A stretch of 64,000 nucleotides of DNA from NCBI GenBank assembly GCA_016200585.1, contig JACQEN010000188.1:105-64104 (forward strand), given 5' to 3'. The notes below the pieces were generated by a model. The model made no database searches. It was not told where the DNA came from and was given only the letters and a program-made list of their open reading frames with translations. Position numbers and translations under genes: made by a program. Each line of letters opens with the position of its first letter. Positions within the stretch are counted from its first letter, which is position 1. Shown here one piece after another: positions 17,170 through 26,739 of the stretch. Source of the stretch: Deltaproteobacteria bacterium (GTDB taxonomy: Bacteria > Desulfobacterota > Binatia > HRBIN30).

Positions 17170-20040
17170 ATGAATGTCACGCGTCGCAACTTCATCTGCT
17201 CGGCCGGAGCCGCAACGCTACTGTTGTCGCTTGATCAACTGACGTTCCAACGCTGCGGCGCAGGCGGAGCGGCGTTGGCCGAGTCGCCGCCGTTGCCGGA
17301 CTATCGCGGCTGGGAGGACGTTTACCGCCAGAAGTGGGCGTGGGACAAAGTCGTGCGCAGCTCGCACTTCGTCAACTGCTGGTACCAGGCGCACTGCGCG
17401 TGGGACGTCTACGTGAAAGACGGCCTGGTGTGGCGCGAAGAGCAAGCCGCCGATTACCCCAAGGTCCGCAGTGACACGCCGGATTTCAACCCACGCGGCT
17501 GTCAGAAGGGTGCTTGCTACAGCGCCCGCATGTACGACCCGACGCGTGTGAAGTATCCACTCAAGCGCGTCGGCGAACGCGGTTCGGGCCAGTGGCAGCG
17601 TTTGTCGTGGGAGCAGGCGCTTAACGAGATCGCCGACCTGATGATCGACACCGTTACCCAGGAGGGAACCGATCGCATCATTTGGTCGCTCGGGCCGCTG
17701 TACACGTTCGGCACACAGGCGGCAGGGCACAGCCGGCTGTCAATGCTGATGGACAGCTCGACGCTCGACATGAACACGGAGATCGGCGACGGCCATCCCG
17801 GCGCGGCCGTCACCTTCGGCAAAATCGTCGCCGAGCGCTCGCTCGATGACTACTTCTTTTCCGACGTGATTCTGATCTGGGGCTGCAACCCGTTGTACAC
17901 GCAGATACCCAACGCGCACTTCTGGACCGAAGCGCGCTACAAGGGCGCCTATATCGTTACCATCGCGCCCGACTTCAACGCTTCAGCCATTCACGCCGAC
18001 CAGTGGGTGCCGTTGAACGTCGGTACCGACGCGGCCTTTGCGCTGTCGCTGGCACAGGTCATCGTCAGCGAGAAGTTGCACAACGAGGCGTTCCTGCGCG
18101 AGCAGACCGACATGCCGTTCCTGGTGCGCAACGACAACGGTCGATTCCTGCGCCAGAGCGATATGGTGAAGGGCGGTTCGAAAGACATCCTCTACGTCTT
18201 CGACGAGAAGACGAAGCAGGTGGTCGAGGCGCCACGCGACACCCTCAATCTCGGGGCGTTGACGCCTGCACTCGAGGGCAGCTTCGATGCGAAGACGTTG
18301 AACGGTACGGTCAAAGTGCGTCCGGTGTTCGCCTTGCTGCGCGAACGGCTCGACCGCGACTACAAGCCGGAGCAGACCGCAGCGACGACGGGAGTCGGCG
18401 CCGCCGTCGTGCGCGACCTGGCACGCCGCATCGGCAAGGCCAAGGCGGTGTCCAACGTCACCTCCAGCAACATCGCCAAGTTCTATCACGGCAACCTGAT
18501 GGAGCGCTCGCAGATCCTGGTATTCGCGCTGTGCGGCCACATGGGCAAGAAGGGCAGCGGCTTCAGCGCCTTTCCGTTCCTGACGCAGGACGGCGTTGAG
18601 ATGTTCGCCATGCTCAAAAGCCCGGGCTGGATGGGCAAGCTCGGTTTGCTGGCGCGGATGTATCCGGTGATCAGTGAGCTCAAGAAGCCCGGCATGACCG
18701 ACGAAATGGTTCGCTACGAAGCCGGTAACTGGCAGTTCCGCGAGGGCGGCTTCGTGTCCGGCGTGATGTTCTGGAACATTCACGGCGGACTGATGGAGCT
18801 GAGCGGACGCTCGAAGGAGTGGGATCCCTATCTGAAGCGGCCGGTGTCGGAGTACATGCACGAGGCACTCGACAAGGGCTACCAGTACGTTTCACCCAAA
18901 CCAGGTACACCGCCGCGCATCATCTTCGAGCTCGGCAGCAACATCGTGCGGCGCTTGCGTGGCTATCCCGCTTTGTTCAAGACACTGTTCCCGAAGCTCA
19001 AGGCCTACGTTACCATCGACTGGCGCATGAGCTCTACCGCGATGGCTTCGGATTACGTGCTACCTGCTGCCGGCTGGTACGAGAAGGCCGAGCACAAGTG
19101 GGGCACGCCGCTGATGCCCTACATTCATGCCGGCACGAAAATCGCCACCTTTCAGGAAGCAAAGCCCGATTGGGAGGTGTGTGCGCTGGTGGCGAAGGCA
19201 GTGCAGGAGCGCGCCAAGGCGCGCGGCATCACGACGTTCAAAGACCGGCACGGCAACGAACGACCGTTGGACAGTTTGTACGACGACTTCACCATGGGCG
19301 GCACGTACACCGAGAACGACGACGAGAAGGTCGCCGCGGTGTTGGTGAAGGAGGCGAGCAACCTCACCGGCGTCGACTGGGAAGAGCTCAAGAAGAAAGG
19401 CTACGCGCGCTTCACCGGCGTGGGAAAAAGCGGTGTGTCGGTGGGCAATCAGTGCGACATCAAACCTGACGACACCGTCAGCCCCTTTCAGTATCACGTC
19501 GAGCAGAAGGCGCCGTACCCGACGCTGACGCGCCGCATCCAGTTCTACATCGACCATCCGTTCTACCTCGAGCTCGGTGAGACGCTGCCGACGCACAAGG
19601 ATCCGCCCAAGTCGGGCGGCGACTATCCGCTGACGTTGACCGGCGGGCACACCCGCTGGTCGATTCACGCCGCCTGGCGCGACGATGCGCGTATGCTGCG
19701 CCTGCAGCGCGGCGAGCCGTTGATGTACGTCAGCGTCGTCGACGCCCAGGCCCGTAACATTGCCGACGGTGATTTGGTCGAGGTGCGCAACGACATCGAC
19801 AGCTTCCACATCCGTGCCAAGACCTCGCCGTCGGTGCGCCCGGGGCAGGTGATCATCTACCACGCCTGGGAGAACTATCAGTTCCGCGACGGCAAGGGTT
19901 TCCAAAACCTCATCCCCAGCCCGATCAACCCCGTCGAGCTCGCCGGAGGCGAGGGACACTTGCGGCCGATTCAGATCTGTCTGCAGCCGAGCCAGAACGA
20001 TCGCGACACCAGAGTCGAGATACGTCGTGTAGCGGCTTGA
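17170..20040 (+). CDS. NarG-like (type II DMSO-reductase family) molybdopterin oxidoreductase catalytic subunit, paralog 3, Tat-exported
   Basis: GGAGG at 17158-17162, 7 nt before ATG 17170 (the track starts at GTG 17164). Tat signal MNVTRRNFICSAGAATLLLSL. H66-x3-C70-x5-C76-x34-C111. GGHTRWSIHAAWRD and LRLQRGEP. Confidence 0.9.
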   Translation: MNVTRRNFICSAGAATLLLSLDQLTFQRCGAGGAALAESPPLPDYRGWEDVYRQKWAWDKVVRSSHFVNCWYQAHCAWDVYVKDGLVWREEQAADYPKVRSDTPDFNPRGCQKGACYSARMYDPTRVKYPLKRVGERGSGQWQRLSWEQALNEIADLMIDTVTQEGTDRIIWSLGPLYTFGTQAAGHSRLSMLMDSSTLDMNTEIGDGHPGAAVTFGKIVAERSLDDYFFSDVILIWGCNPLYTQIPNAHFWTEARYKGAYIVTIAPDFNASAIHADQWVPLNVGTDAAFALSLAQVIVSEKLHNEAFLREQTDMPFLVRNDNGRFLRQSDMVKGGSKDILYVFDEKTKQVVEAPRDTLNLGALTPALEGSFDAKTLNGTVKVRPVFALLRERLDRDYKPEQTAATTGVGAAVVRDLARRIGKAKAVSNVTSSNIAKFYHGNLMERSQILVFALCGHMGKKGSGFSAFPFLTQDGVEMFAMLKSPGWMGKLGLLARMYPVISELKKPGMTDEMVRYEAGNWQFREGGFVSGVMFWNIHGGLMELSGRSKEWDPYLKRPVSEYMHEALDKGYQYVSPKPGTPPRIIFELGSNIVRRLRGYPALFKTLFPKLKAYVTIDWRMSSTAMASDYVLPAAGWYEKAEHKWGTPLMPYIHAGTKIATFQEAKPDWEVCALVAKAVQERAKARGITTFKDRHGNERPLDSLYDDFTMGGTYTENDDEKVAAVLVKEASNLTGVDWEELKKKGYARFTGVGKSGVSVGNQCDIKPDDTVSPFQYHVEQKAPYPTLTRRIQFYIDHPFYLELGETLPTHKDPPKSGGDYPLTLTGGHTRWSIHAAWRDDARMLRLQRGEPLMYVSVVDAQARNIADGDLVEVRNDIDSFHIRAKTSPSVRPGQVIIYHAWENYQFRDGKGFQNLIPSPINPVELAGGEGHLRPIQICLQPSQNDRDTRVEIRRVAA

Positions 20041-20112
20041 GGGTCGCCGCCAGACTGTCCGACCTGTGGCGCGAGTCGAAACTGGCTCAACCGCTGAACG
20101 GATGCAATCGCC

Positions 20113-21873
20113 TCAACTAGGCGCGGAATATTCCGCCGCCCGCGTCGCCGCGGCGTTGTGCTTGTTTTCTGGATGAGCGGCGCTCGAGCTCAGCAGGCGC
20201 GGTGCAAGGATGAGCGCAGCACCGAAAATACCTAATGAAGCGAAGAGGATCGATGGCTCGCCCGACGGCAGATCTTGTGCGACGAGCTTGGCGGCGCCGA
20301 GGAGAAGGAACGGTACGACCAGCCAACGGGCTTGCTTAAAGCGTGGATGACGGCTGAGCAGCGCCAGGAGAACGGCGCTCGATGAGATGACGGTGCTGCG
20401 TAGGACCGACGATCGTGCCAGCTCCGTCTCGCCCACTTCAGAACCGATTCCCAACGCCAGTGCGACGACGAGCGCGCCTGCACCGAGCACGGTCAGCGCC
20501 AGCACCGGAAGTCGTGCGTAAGCCATCCGCTGCTGCGACTGGGGAGATGCCGTCGGTGTGAGACAGATCAACAGCGAAACGAGCAAGACGATCCAGGGTG
20601 CCGGCCCCTGCAGTAGCTCGGGTAGCCGCCCGCTGCCCCACAGCGCGCGCAGGCTGGAGCCGAGGAGGCCCGAAACCAATGCGCCTGCCAGAATGTACAC
20701 CGCGGAGTGGATCGATAGGCTCAGCGAGTCGCGCCGGCGAGCGCTTACGGCGCAGAGCAATGCGCCCAGTGCCAGCGCCATCGCCAGCGACGGGCTTGCG
20801 AAACCCAGCCTGGTGGCGACGAGCGCCGTTGCCAGCGCGATCGTCGAATAGACGCCGAAGGTTCGACCGCTGTGTTTTGAATCGTCGATCCAGTAGTACG
20901 CTGCCACGTAACTGGACGCGGCCAACGCGAACGCCGTCATGCACAGAAACGGTTGCGCCGCCGGAAGTCTCAACGCTGTTCCAACGAAACCCCCGAGGGC
21001 AATGAGGAGGACGACGGCCACCTGTGCGATCTCCGCCAGTGCCAGGTTGCGTTTGCCTGGAAAGACCCGCAGCGAGAACGTGCCGAGATAGACTCCGCCG
21101 AGGGCCACCTGCGCCAGCGACAAACCGACGGCTCCAAGCGACGCAACGGCGCCGTCGTGCGGACGGTACAGCCACACCGTCGTCGCGAGCGCGATGGCAA
21201 AGTCGGCAACGATCGCTACGAATGCCCCGAGGACGTACCACTCGCGGCCGTAGGCTAATGCGAGCGAGACCTGGGCCAATACGAGCAGCGCGCCGAGAAA
21301 GGGCGGCAAAGTACTGGTGGCAAAACCGAGCGCCAACATGGTGATCGCTGCTGGCGCCGCAATCACCACGGCAAAGCTGCGCATCTCGCGACGCCAGGCG
21401 ACTGCCAGCGGCAGGGCGGTGAAGACGGTCACCGCGGCAGCGCTCTGCAGCGGCGTGAGATACTTGAACGTGAGCGTCGTCTCCCACAGCAGTGGGAAGC
21501 CGATCGCCGCTGCCGATACGCCGTGAAAGGTGGCACTCTCGTAGGCGTTGCGGCGCGCCGCACGATCGGCAAACGCGACCCAGACAAGCGCGTACGCAAT
21601 CCCCGCCAACGTGCCCGCCATCTGCGGCAGCAGCGTCGACTCGGTCATGAAGCGGATCAGAAACGCTCCGCCGAGAACCATGAGCGTGCGCCCGACCTGG
21701 CCGGCGATGGAAACCAGAGAGCTCGTGCCGATCAACGAGTCGCGGGTATCGATCTCGGTGGCGGAATGCGCCGCTGACAACCCCGGCACACCCGCCGCCA
21801 GCAGCCGTTCGAGCGTTTCGAGCCTGCGCTCGAGCGCGTGCAATCGCTCTTCCAGGGGCTGCTGGTCGATCAT
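20113..21873 (-). CDS. Polytopic membrane protein, DUF2339-like (tentative)
   Basis: N-terminal coiled-coil-like LEERLHALERRLETLERLL followed by more than 12 hydrophobic segments. Family name from memory of this architecture only. Confidence 0.55.
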   Translation of the reverse strand: MIDQQPLEERLHALERRLETLERLLAAGVPGLSAAHSATEIDTRDSLIGTSSLVSIAGQVGRTLMVLGGAFLIRFMTESTLLPQMAGTLAGIAYALVWVAFADRAARRNAYESATFHGVSAAAIGFPLLWETTLTFKYLTPLQSAAAVTVFTALPLAVAWRREMRSFAVVIAAPAAITMLALGFATSTLPPFLGALLVLAQVSLALAYGREWYVLGAFVAIVADFAIALATTVWLYRPHDGAVASLGAVGLSLAQVALGGVYLGTFSLRVFPGKRNLALAEIAQVAVVLLIALGGFVGTALRLPAAQPFLCMTAFALAASSYVAAYYWIDDSKHSGRTFGVYSTIALATALVATRLGFASPSLAMALALGALLCAVSARRRDSLSLSIHSAVYILAGALVSGLLGSSLRALWGSGRLPELLQGPAPWIVLLVSLLICLTPTASPQSQQRMAYARLPVLALTVLGAGALVVALALGIGSEVGETELARSSVLRSTVISSSAVLLALLSRHPRFKQARWLVVPFLLLGAAKLVAQDLPSGEPSILFASLGIFGAALILAPRLLSSSAAHPENKHNAAATRAAEYSAPS

Positions 21874-21942
21874 ACGGGAATTCCCCTGGGTATGTCCCTA
21901 GCACTTCGGTCAGATTACCGAAAGCAAAGGTCAGGTGATTTA

Positions 21943-21956
21943 ATGATCTAGATCAT
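21943..21956. promoter_or_regulatory. Perfect 14-bp palindrome ATGATCTAGATCAT in an AT-rich patch 70 nt upstream of the DUF2339-like gene
   Basis: Read directly. The self-complementarity was checked by hand. Confidence 0.3.
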
Positions 21957-22062
21957 GTGGAAACGTCAAACCCCAGAACGGACGACAGACGGATCTTCAA
22001 ACGTGGCGAAGGTACCCTTCTGCAGTCCGTAGTCTGTCGTCTTCAGCGGACTGGAACGGCCG

Positions 22063-22785
22063 TCATCCCAGGTTGTGAAACACCTTCTGCACGTCGTCGT
22101 CTTGCTCGACGGAATCGACGAGCTTCAGAGCTTCTTTGGCTCGCTCTTCGGGAAGCTCGACCGGCGTCAGTGGGATGTACTCCGACTCGGCGGAGATCGG
22201 CTTGATCCCACGATCTTCGAGTGCCTTTTGCAGCCGACCAAAGTCGGCGAAGGCACAACGGATCAACACCTGCGGTTCGCCCTTTTCGCCGCTGGTCTCG
22301 CCCAATTCTTCGAGGCCGTGATCGATCAGGTCGAGCTCCAGCTCTTCTTGGTTGAGCCCGGTCGCATCGAGCCGGAACGTGCCCATGCGTTTGAACAGGA
22401 AGCTGACGCTGCCGCTGCTGCCGAGGTTGCCGCCACCTTTGCTGAAGATGGAGCGCAGGTTGGAAACGGTACGGGTCGGATTGTCGGTTGCGGTTTCGAC
22501 CAGCACCGCGACGCCGTGTGCCGCATATCCTTCGTAGAGAATTTCGTCGTAGCTGGAAGTGTCCTTGCCGGCGGCGCGTTTGATCGCTGCCTCGACCTTG
22601 TCCTTCGGCATGTTGACGGCGCGGGCGTTCTGAATGACGCGCCGCAACTGCGGGTTGTGTTCCGGATCGGGCCCGGCGGCTTTCACCGCGATGACGATTT
22701 CCTTGCCGATGCGCGTGAACTGCTTGGCCATGCGGTCCCAGCGCGCGAACATCGTGTGCTTGCGGGTCTCAAAAATGCGTCCCAT
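22063..22785 (-). CDS. YebC/PmpR-family transcriptional regulator
   Basis: [62 protein letters not shown] is the hallmark YebC N-terminus. ATG 22785 chosen; the track ORF extends 74 codons further upstream. Confidence 0.9.
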   Translation of the reverse strand: MGRIFETRKHTMFARWDRMAKQFTRIGKEIVIAVKAAGPDPEHNPQLRRVIQNARAVNMPKDKVEAAIKRAAGKDTSSYDEILYEGYAAHGVAVLVETATDNPTRTVSNLRSIFSKGGGNLGSSGSVSFLFKRMGTFRLDATGLNQEELELDLIDHGLEELGETSGEKGEPQVLIRCAFADFGRLQKALEDRGIKPISAESEYIPLTPVELPEERAKEALKLVDSVEQDDDVQKVFHNLG

Positions 22786-22969
22786 CGGAAGCTCGTTTCT
22801 ATCGAAGTTTTTCTGCAGCCGGCGGGCGAAGCCGACGGGCGGGTATAGCCGGAGCGGCTGGGTGGGTAAAGGACGGGGCGGGCGGGCGATCGGCGATCGG
22901 AGCGCAGATTGACGATTGGATTGATGACGACTCCCGGCTCTCAATCGTCGATGATCCAATCGCCGATCA

Positions 22970-24247
22970 TCAGTTCTGCAGTGCCCCCAAAAATCGCTGC
23001 GCCTCATCGGCAGCTCGCAGGCCGCTCGTGTACGCGGCCTGTACGGTGTCGGCGATGGTTGATGTCGCAGTTGCCGACCCAGCCCAGAGCAAGGCCCCGG
23101 TGTCGGCGGCGGCCAACTGCGTACGGGCGCCGCAACCGCCGGGTCGCAGAAATGTGTAACCGCCGTGCGCCAAGGGATCGTTGCCCCAGTCGATACGTCG
23201 TGCCCGGATCAATGCCTGGCGCGGGTTGGATTTCGGAAACAAGCGCTGCAGGTCGGCGAGCACGACGTCGACTGCTTCGCCTTCGCTCAATTTCGACAAG
23301 CGTAGCGCACGAGGTCCGGTGCAGTACGCCGTGAGCGCGGCCGGCTGGTCTTCGGCGCCGTAGAACACCGGCCAGTAGAGCGTCGCGGGACCGGTTCCGC
23401 ACCCCAGGTTGGAAAGCCAGCGCGGCCAGAACGGCTCGGCAAATTGCAGCAGCACCTTGGAGACCGGACCGGCTTCGATGCGTGTGAAGGCGGCGCGCTT
23501 CGATTCCGGCAGCTCGGGCGTGAACTGTACGCGGCCGGCCTTGAGCACGCCGAACGGCAAGGTCGAAATGGCGGCGCGTGCGGAGAGCCCGCGTCCGTCG
23601 TTGGCGCTCACATGCACCCCGTCCGCCGCCCAACGGATGGTTTCAACCGTGAAGCCGAAGCGGATGTCGAGTCCACGACTCATGTGCGCGATCAGCGTGT
23701 CGTAGCCGCTCGCGAGGCGATGATAGGAGCCGGTTTCGAGGTTGAGGACGCGATCTTCGATCAAGCCGCGGACGCCGACCTCATCGATGCTGCCGGGGAG
23801 ATGGGCGGTGAGGGTCATTTCGGCCATCACGCGTGCACGGCCGCGGAAGCCGTGACGCTCGATGAACGTCCGTGCCGACATGTCGTCCGGTCCGACTCGA
23901 CGGATCTGCCGGAGAATCGCGAACGACGGCCACACTGCCGGGTGCAGGAGAATCCACGGCAACCACAAAGTGCGGCCGCCGAGGTTGAACATGCTGTTGC
24001 GGGTCAGCGGGCAGGCACGCACTGCCAAGTGCGCGTCACGAATCTCCGGCCAGATCTCGGCATCGTTGGTATGAACGAACTCGGCGCCGCCTTCGACGGG
24101 CGCGCCGCAGAAGTCGCGTACGGAGTAGACACGCCCGCCGACCCGGTCGCGCCCCTCGACGATCGCCACGCTGAGCCCGCTGCGGCTCAGCGCACGTGCC
24201 GCTGCAACCCCAGCCATACCGGCGCCTATGACAAGCGCGTCAAGCAC
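22970..24247 (-). CDS. Flavin-containing amine oxidase family oxidoreductase
   Basis: [42 protein letters not shown] dinucleotide-binding motif. C-terminal LLWAGSATA...[13 protein letters not shown] is typical of amine oxidases. Confidence 0.8.
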   Translation of the reverse strand: MLDALVIGAGMAGVAAARALSRSGLSVAIVEGRDRVGGRVYSVRDFCGAPVEGGAEFVHTNDAEIWPEIRDAHLAVRACPLTRNSMFNLGGRTLWLPWILLHPAVWPSFAILRQIRRVGPDDMSARTFIERHGFRGRARVMAEMTLTAHLPGSIDEVGVRGLIEDRVLNLETGSYHRLASGYDTLIAHMSRGLDIRFGFTVETIRWAADGVHVSANDGRGLSARAAISTLPFGVLKAGRVQFTPELPESKRAAFTRIEAGPVSKVLLQFAEPFWPRWLSNLGCGTGPATLYWPVFYGAEDQPAALTAYCTGPRALRLSKLSEGEAVDVVLADLQRLFPKSNPRQALIRARRIDWGNDPLAHGGYTFLRPGGCGARTQLAAADTGALLWAGSATATSTIADTVQAAYTSGLRAADEAQRFLGALQN

Positions 24248-24325
24248 GCCTCTTCGTACGCCGTTTCGGTATGGCAGTCGACAATGGCCCGTCGAACCGG
24301 CTGCCGATGCTTCTCTGGTAGCCTG

Positions 24326-24826
24326 TCAGCGCACGGCGCGTGTCAAGAACAGGCGGGTGGCTTCATTGCCCGGGTCGACGACGAGTGCACGCTGCAAGAG
24401 GCGAGCCCCTTCATCGGAGTCGCCACCGAGAATTCCAGGCAGCTCGAGCAGCAGCTCTCCTTTGGCCGTCAGCGCGTCCGGGTCCTCCGGTGCCAGCTCG
24501 AGGGTGCGGTCGATTTCGTTGCGCAGCTGACGGATGTGCCGCAGGCTCGACCAACTGAGGCCGGAGAAACGGACCTGCTTCCCGAGGTTACAGAAGATGG
24601 CGAAGTGAGCAGCTGCGTCGCGTTCGTCGAGCACCAGCACACGTTCGGCGAGTTGCAGGCCACTGGCGAGGAGTTGGGTGCGCTCGCTGCCGATGGCTGC
24701 GTCGGCTTGGTGGCAGAACGCGAGTGCCTTGTACGCGTCGGCCGAGCCACGCGGCATTGCCGTCGCCGCCGACGGCCAATAATTCACCGCAATAAAAACG
24801 ATGCCGATCGTAATCAAGCGGTTCAT
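24326..24826 (-). CDS. Small exported helical (TPR-like?) hypothetical protein
   Basis: Signal-like MNRLITIGIVFIAVNYWPSAATA and a helix-rich remainder. No family recognised. Confidence 0.45.
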   Translation of the reverse strand: MNRLITIGIVFIAVNYWPSAATAMPRGSADAYKALAFCHQADAAIGSERTQLLASGLQLAERVLVLDERDAAAHFAIFCNLGKQVRFSGLSWSSLRHIRQLRNEIDRTLELAPEDPDALTAKGELLLELPGILGGDSDEGARLLQRALVVDPGNEATRLFLTRAVR

Positions 24827-25049
24827 TCAAAGCCCCCGCATAGTCAAACGACATTACGAGGGGCGTTGTCAAACGGATTCTTCGATCGGAGATTTTGGCG
24901 CAGCCGTTGTGGCCAGCCACTTGGAACCGGTCCACCAAGCTTCTTGACGCAAGCATGCGCCCGGTCCACTCTACGACTCGGCGGCGGTTGTTGCCGTGGG
25001 TACGAGCCCGCGGGGGTCGCCGCCGACATCAAAAAAACGGGAGGCTGCA

Positions 25050-26477
25050 ATGAAGGAATGCCTGAAGTTCTACATCAATGGCGAATGGGTCGCGCCGGTC
25101 ACTGCGAAGACGATGGACGTCATCAACCCGGCAACCGAGGAAGTCGTGGGCCGCATCAGTCTCGGTAGCGCCGCCGATGTCGATAAAGCCGTTGCTGCCG
25201 CACGTGCGGCGTTCGAGACGTTCAGTCAGACCTCGCGCGAAGAACGCGTCGCATTGATGGAGCGCATCATCGCTGCCTATGGGGCGCGGATGGGCGACAT
25301 TGCCGCAACCATCTCGCAGGAGATGGGCGCGCCGATGTGGTTGGCCAACGCGGCGCAGGCGCCTTCTGGTTTCGCCCACTTCATGCAGACCATGGAAGTG
25401 TTGAAGTCGTACGAGTTCGTGAAGAACAAAGGTGGCACGCGTATCATTAAAGAGCCGGTCGGGGTGTGCGGTTTCATCACGCCGTGGAACTGGCCGATCA
25501 ACCAGATCGCTTGCAAGGTCGCACCGGCTCTGGCGGCCGGGTGCACGATGGTGCTGAAGCCGTCCGAGATCGCGCCGCTCAATGCAATCATTTTTGCAGA
25601 AATCCTGCACGAGGCCGGAGTGCCGAAGGGCGTGTTCAACCTGGTGAACGGCGACGGCCCGACCGTCGGTGCGGCGTTGTCGTCGCATCCCGGAATCGAC
25701 ATGATGTCGTTCACCGGGTCGACTCGCGCCGGAGTTCAGGTGGCGAAAGCCGCGGCCGATACCGTCAAGCGCGTGGCACAAGAGCTTGGCGGCAAATCAG
25801 CCAACATCATTCTCGACGACGCCGATCTCAAGGCTGCCGTCGAAGGCGGAGTCCGCGCGTGCTTCACCAACAGCGGCCAGTCGTGCAACGCACCGACGCG
25901 CATGTTGGTGCCACGGGCTCGTCTGAAGGAAGCAGCGGCAATTGCCAAAGCGGCGGCGGAGACGGTGAAGGTCGGCGATCCGAATACCGAGGGAACGACC
26001 ATCGGTCCGGTCGTCAGCAAGACCCAGTTCGACAAGATCCAAGGGCTCATCAAGAAGGGCATCGACGAAGGCGCCGAGGTCGTAACCGGCGGTCCCGGCC
26101 TGCCGTCCGGTCTGTCGAAGGGCTACTACATAAAGCCGACGGTGTTCTCCAACGTGCGCAACGAAATGACAATCGCTCGCGAAGAGATCTTCGGGCCGGT
26201 TCTTTCGATCCTGCCGTACGACAGCGAGGCGGAAGCGGTGAAGATCGCCAACGACACGGTGTACGGTCTGTCGGGGTATGTGTCTTCCGGCAGCCCCGAC
26301 CACGCCATGAAAGTCGCCGCCCGGCTGCGCACCGGCAACGTGCATTTGAACGGTGCCGGCCCCGACTTCGCGGCACCGTTCGGAGGCTACAAGCAATCCG
26401 GCAACGGCCGCGAATGGGGCGAGTTCGGTTTTGAGGAGTTCCTCGAGACCAAGGCCGTCATGGGTTGTCCAGACTAA
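25050..26477 (+). CDS. NAD(P)-dependent aldehyde dehydrogenase
   Basis: GGGAGG before ATG 25050. FYINGEWV, ITPWNWP, VLKPSE, ELGGKS and FTNSGQSCNA (catalytic Cys) motifs. Confidence 0.9.
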   Translation: MKECLKFYINGEWVAPVTAKTMDVINPATEEVVGRISLGSAADVDKAVAAARAAFETFSQTSREERVALMERIIAAYGARMGDIAATISQEMGAPMWLANAAQAPSGFAHFMQTMEVLKSYEFVKNKGGTRIIKEPVGVCGFITPWNWPINQIACKVAPALAAGCTMVLKPSEIAPLNAIIFAEILHEAGVPKGVFNLVNGDGPTVGAALSSHPGIDMMSFTGSTRAGVQVAKAAADTVKRVAQELGGKSANIILDDADLKAAVEGGVRACFTNSGQSCNAPTRMLVPRARLKEAAAIAKAAAETVKVGDPNTEGTTIGPVVSKTQFDKIQGLIKKGIDEGAEVVTGGPGLPSGLSKGYYIKPTVFSNVRNEMTIAREEIFGPVLSILPYDSEAEAVKIANDTVYGLSGYVSSGSPDHAMKVAARLRTGNVHLNGAGPDFAAPFGGYKQSGNGREWGEFGFEEFLETKAVMGCPD

Positions 26478-26521
26478 ACCGGGTCAAGAAAAGGCCAACA
26501 CCGGAAGGCTTCTTTGAATAC

Positions 26522-26554
26522 GGGCTGCGGCTGGTTGTAGGGCAGCCGCAACCC
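26522..26554 (+). terminator. Hairpin 45 nt after the aldehyde dehydrogenase stop (8+3 bp stem, 9-nt loop); no U-tract
   Basis: GGGcTGCGGCTG-gttgtaggg-CAGCCGCAaCCC read directly. Lacks a T-run, so a weak terminator call. Confidence 0.3.
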
Positions 26555-26739
26555 GTGTCTCACGGGATCAATCGCGATCGGCGATTCCCTCCCTCGCGAA
26601 AGAAACTAGGACATTCCTGCTTCGAGGAATGCCGTCGGCGTAGCGCGTACCTGCTAATGCGTCGAATACGCCGGCACGTGCGTTGCTGATCTTTGTCGTG
26701 GGCAGGGGAGACCCTCCTGCGATCGAGGATCAGGAGCGA

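Noticed and set aside
22786-23007. N-terminal extensions implied by maximal ORFs (22063..23007, 32019..33818, 34607..35509, 48336..50606, 51866..54400, 42491..43393, 42169..42612 and others).
   Set aside because: The extensions are Arg/Pro-rich and overlap neighbouring genes. Internal ATGs with Shine-Dalgarno sequences coincide with family N-termini or signal peptides.
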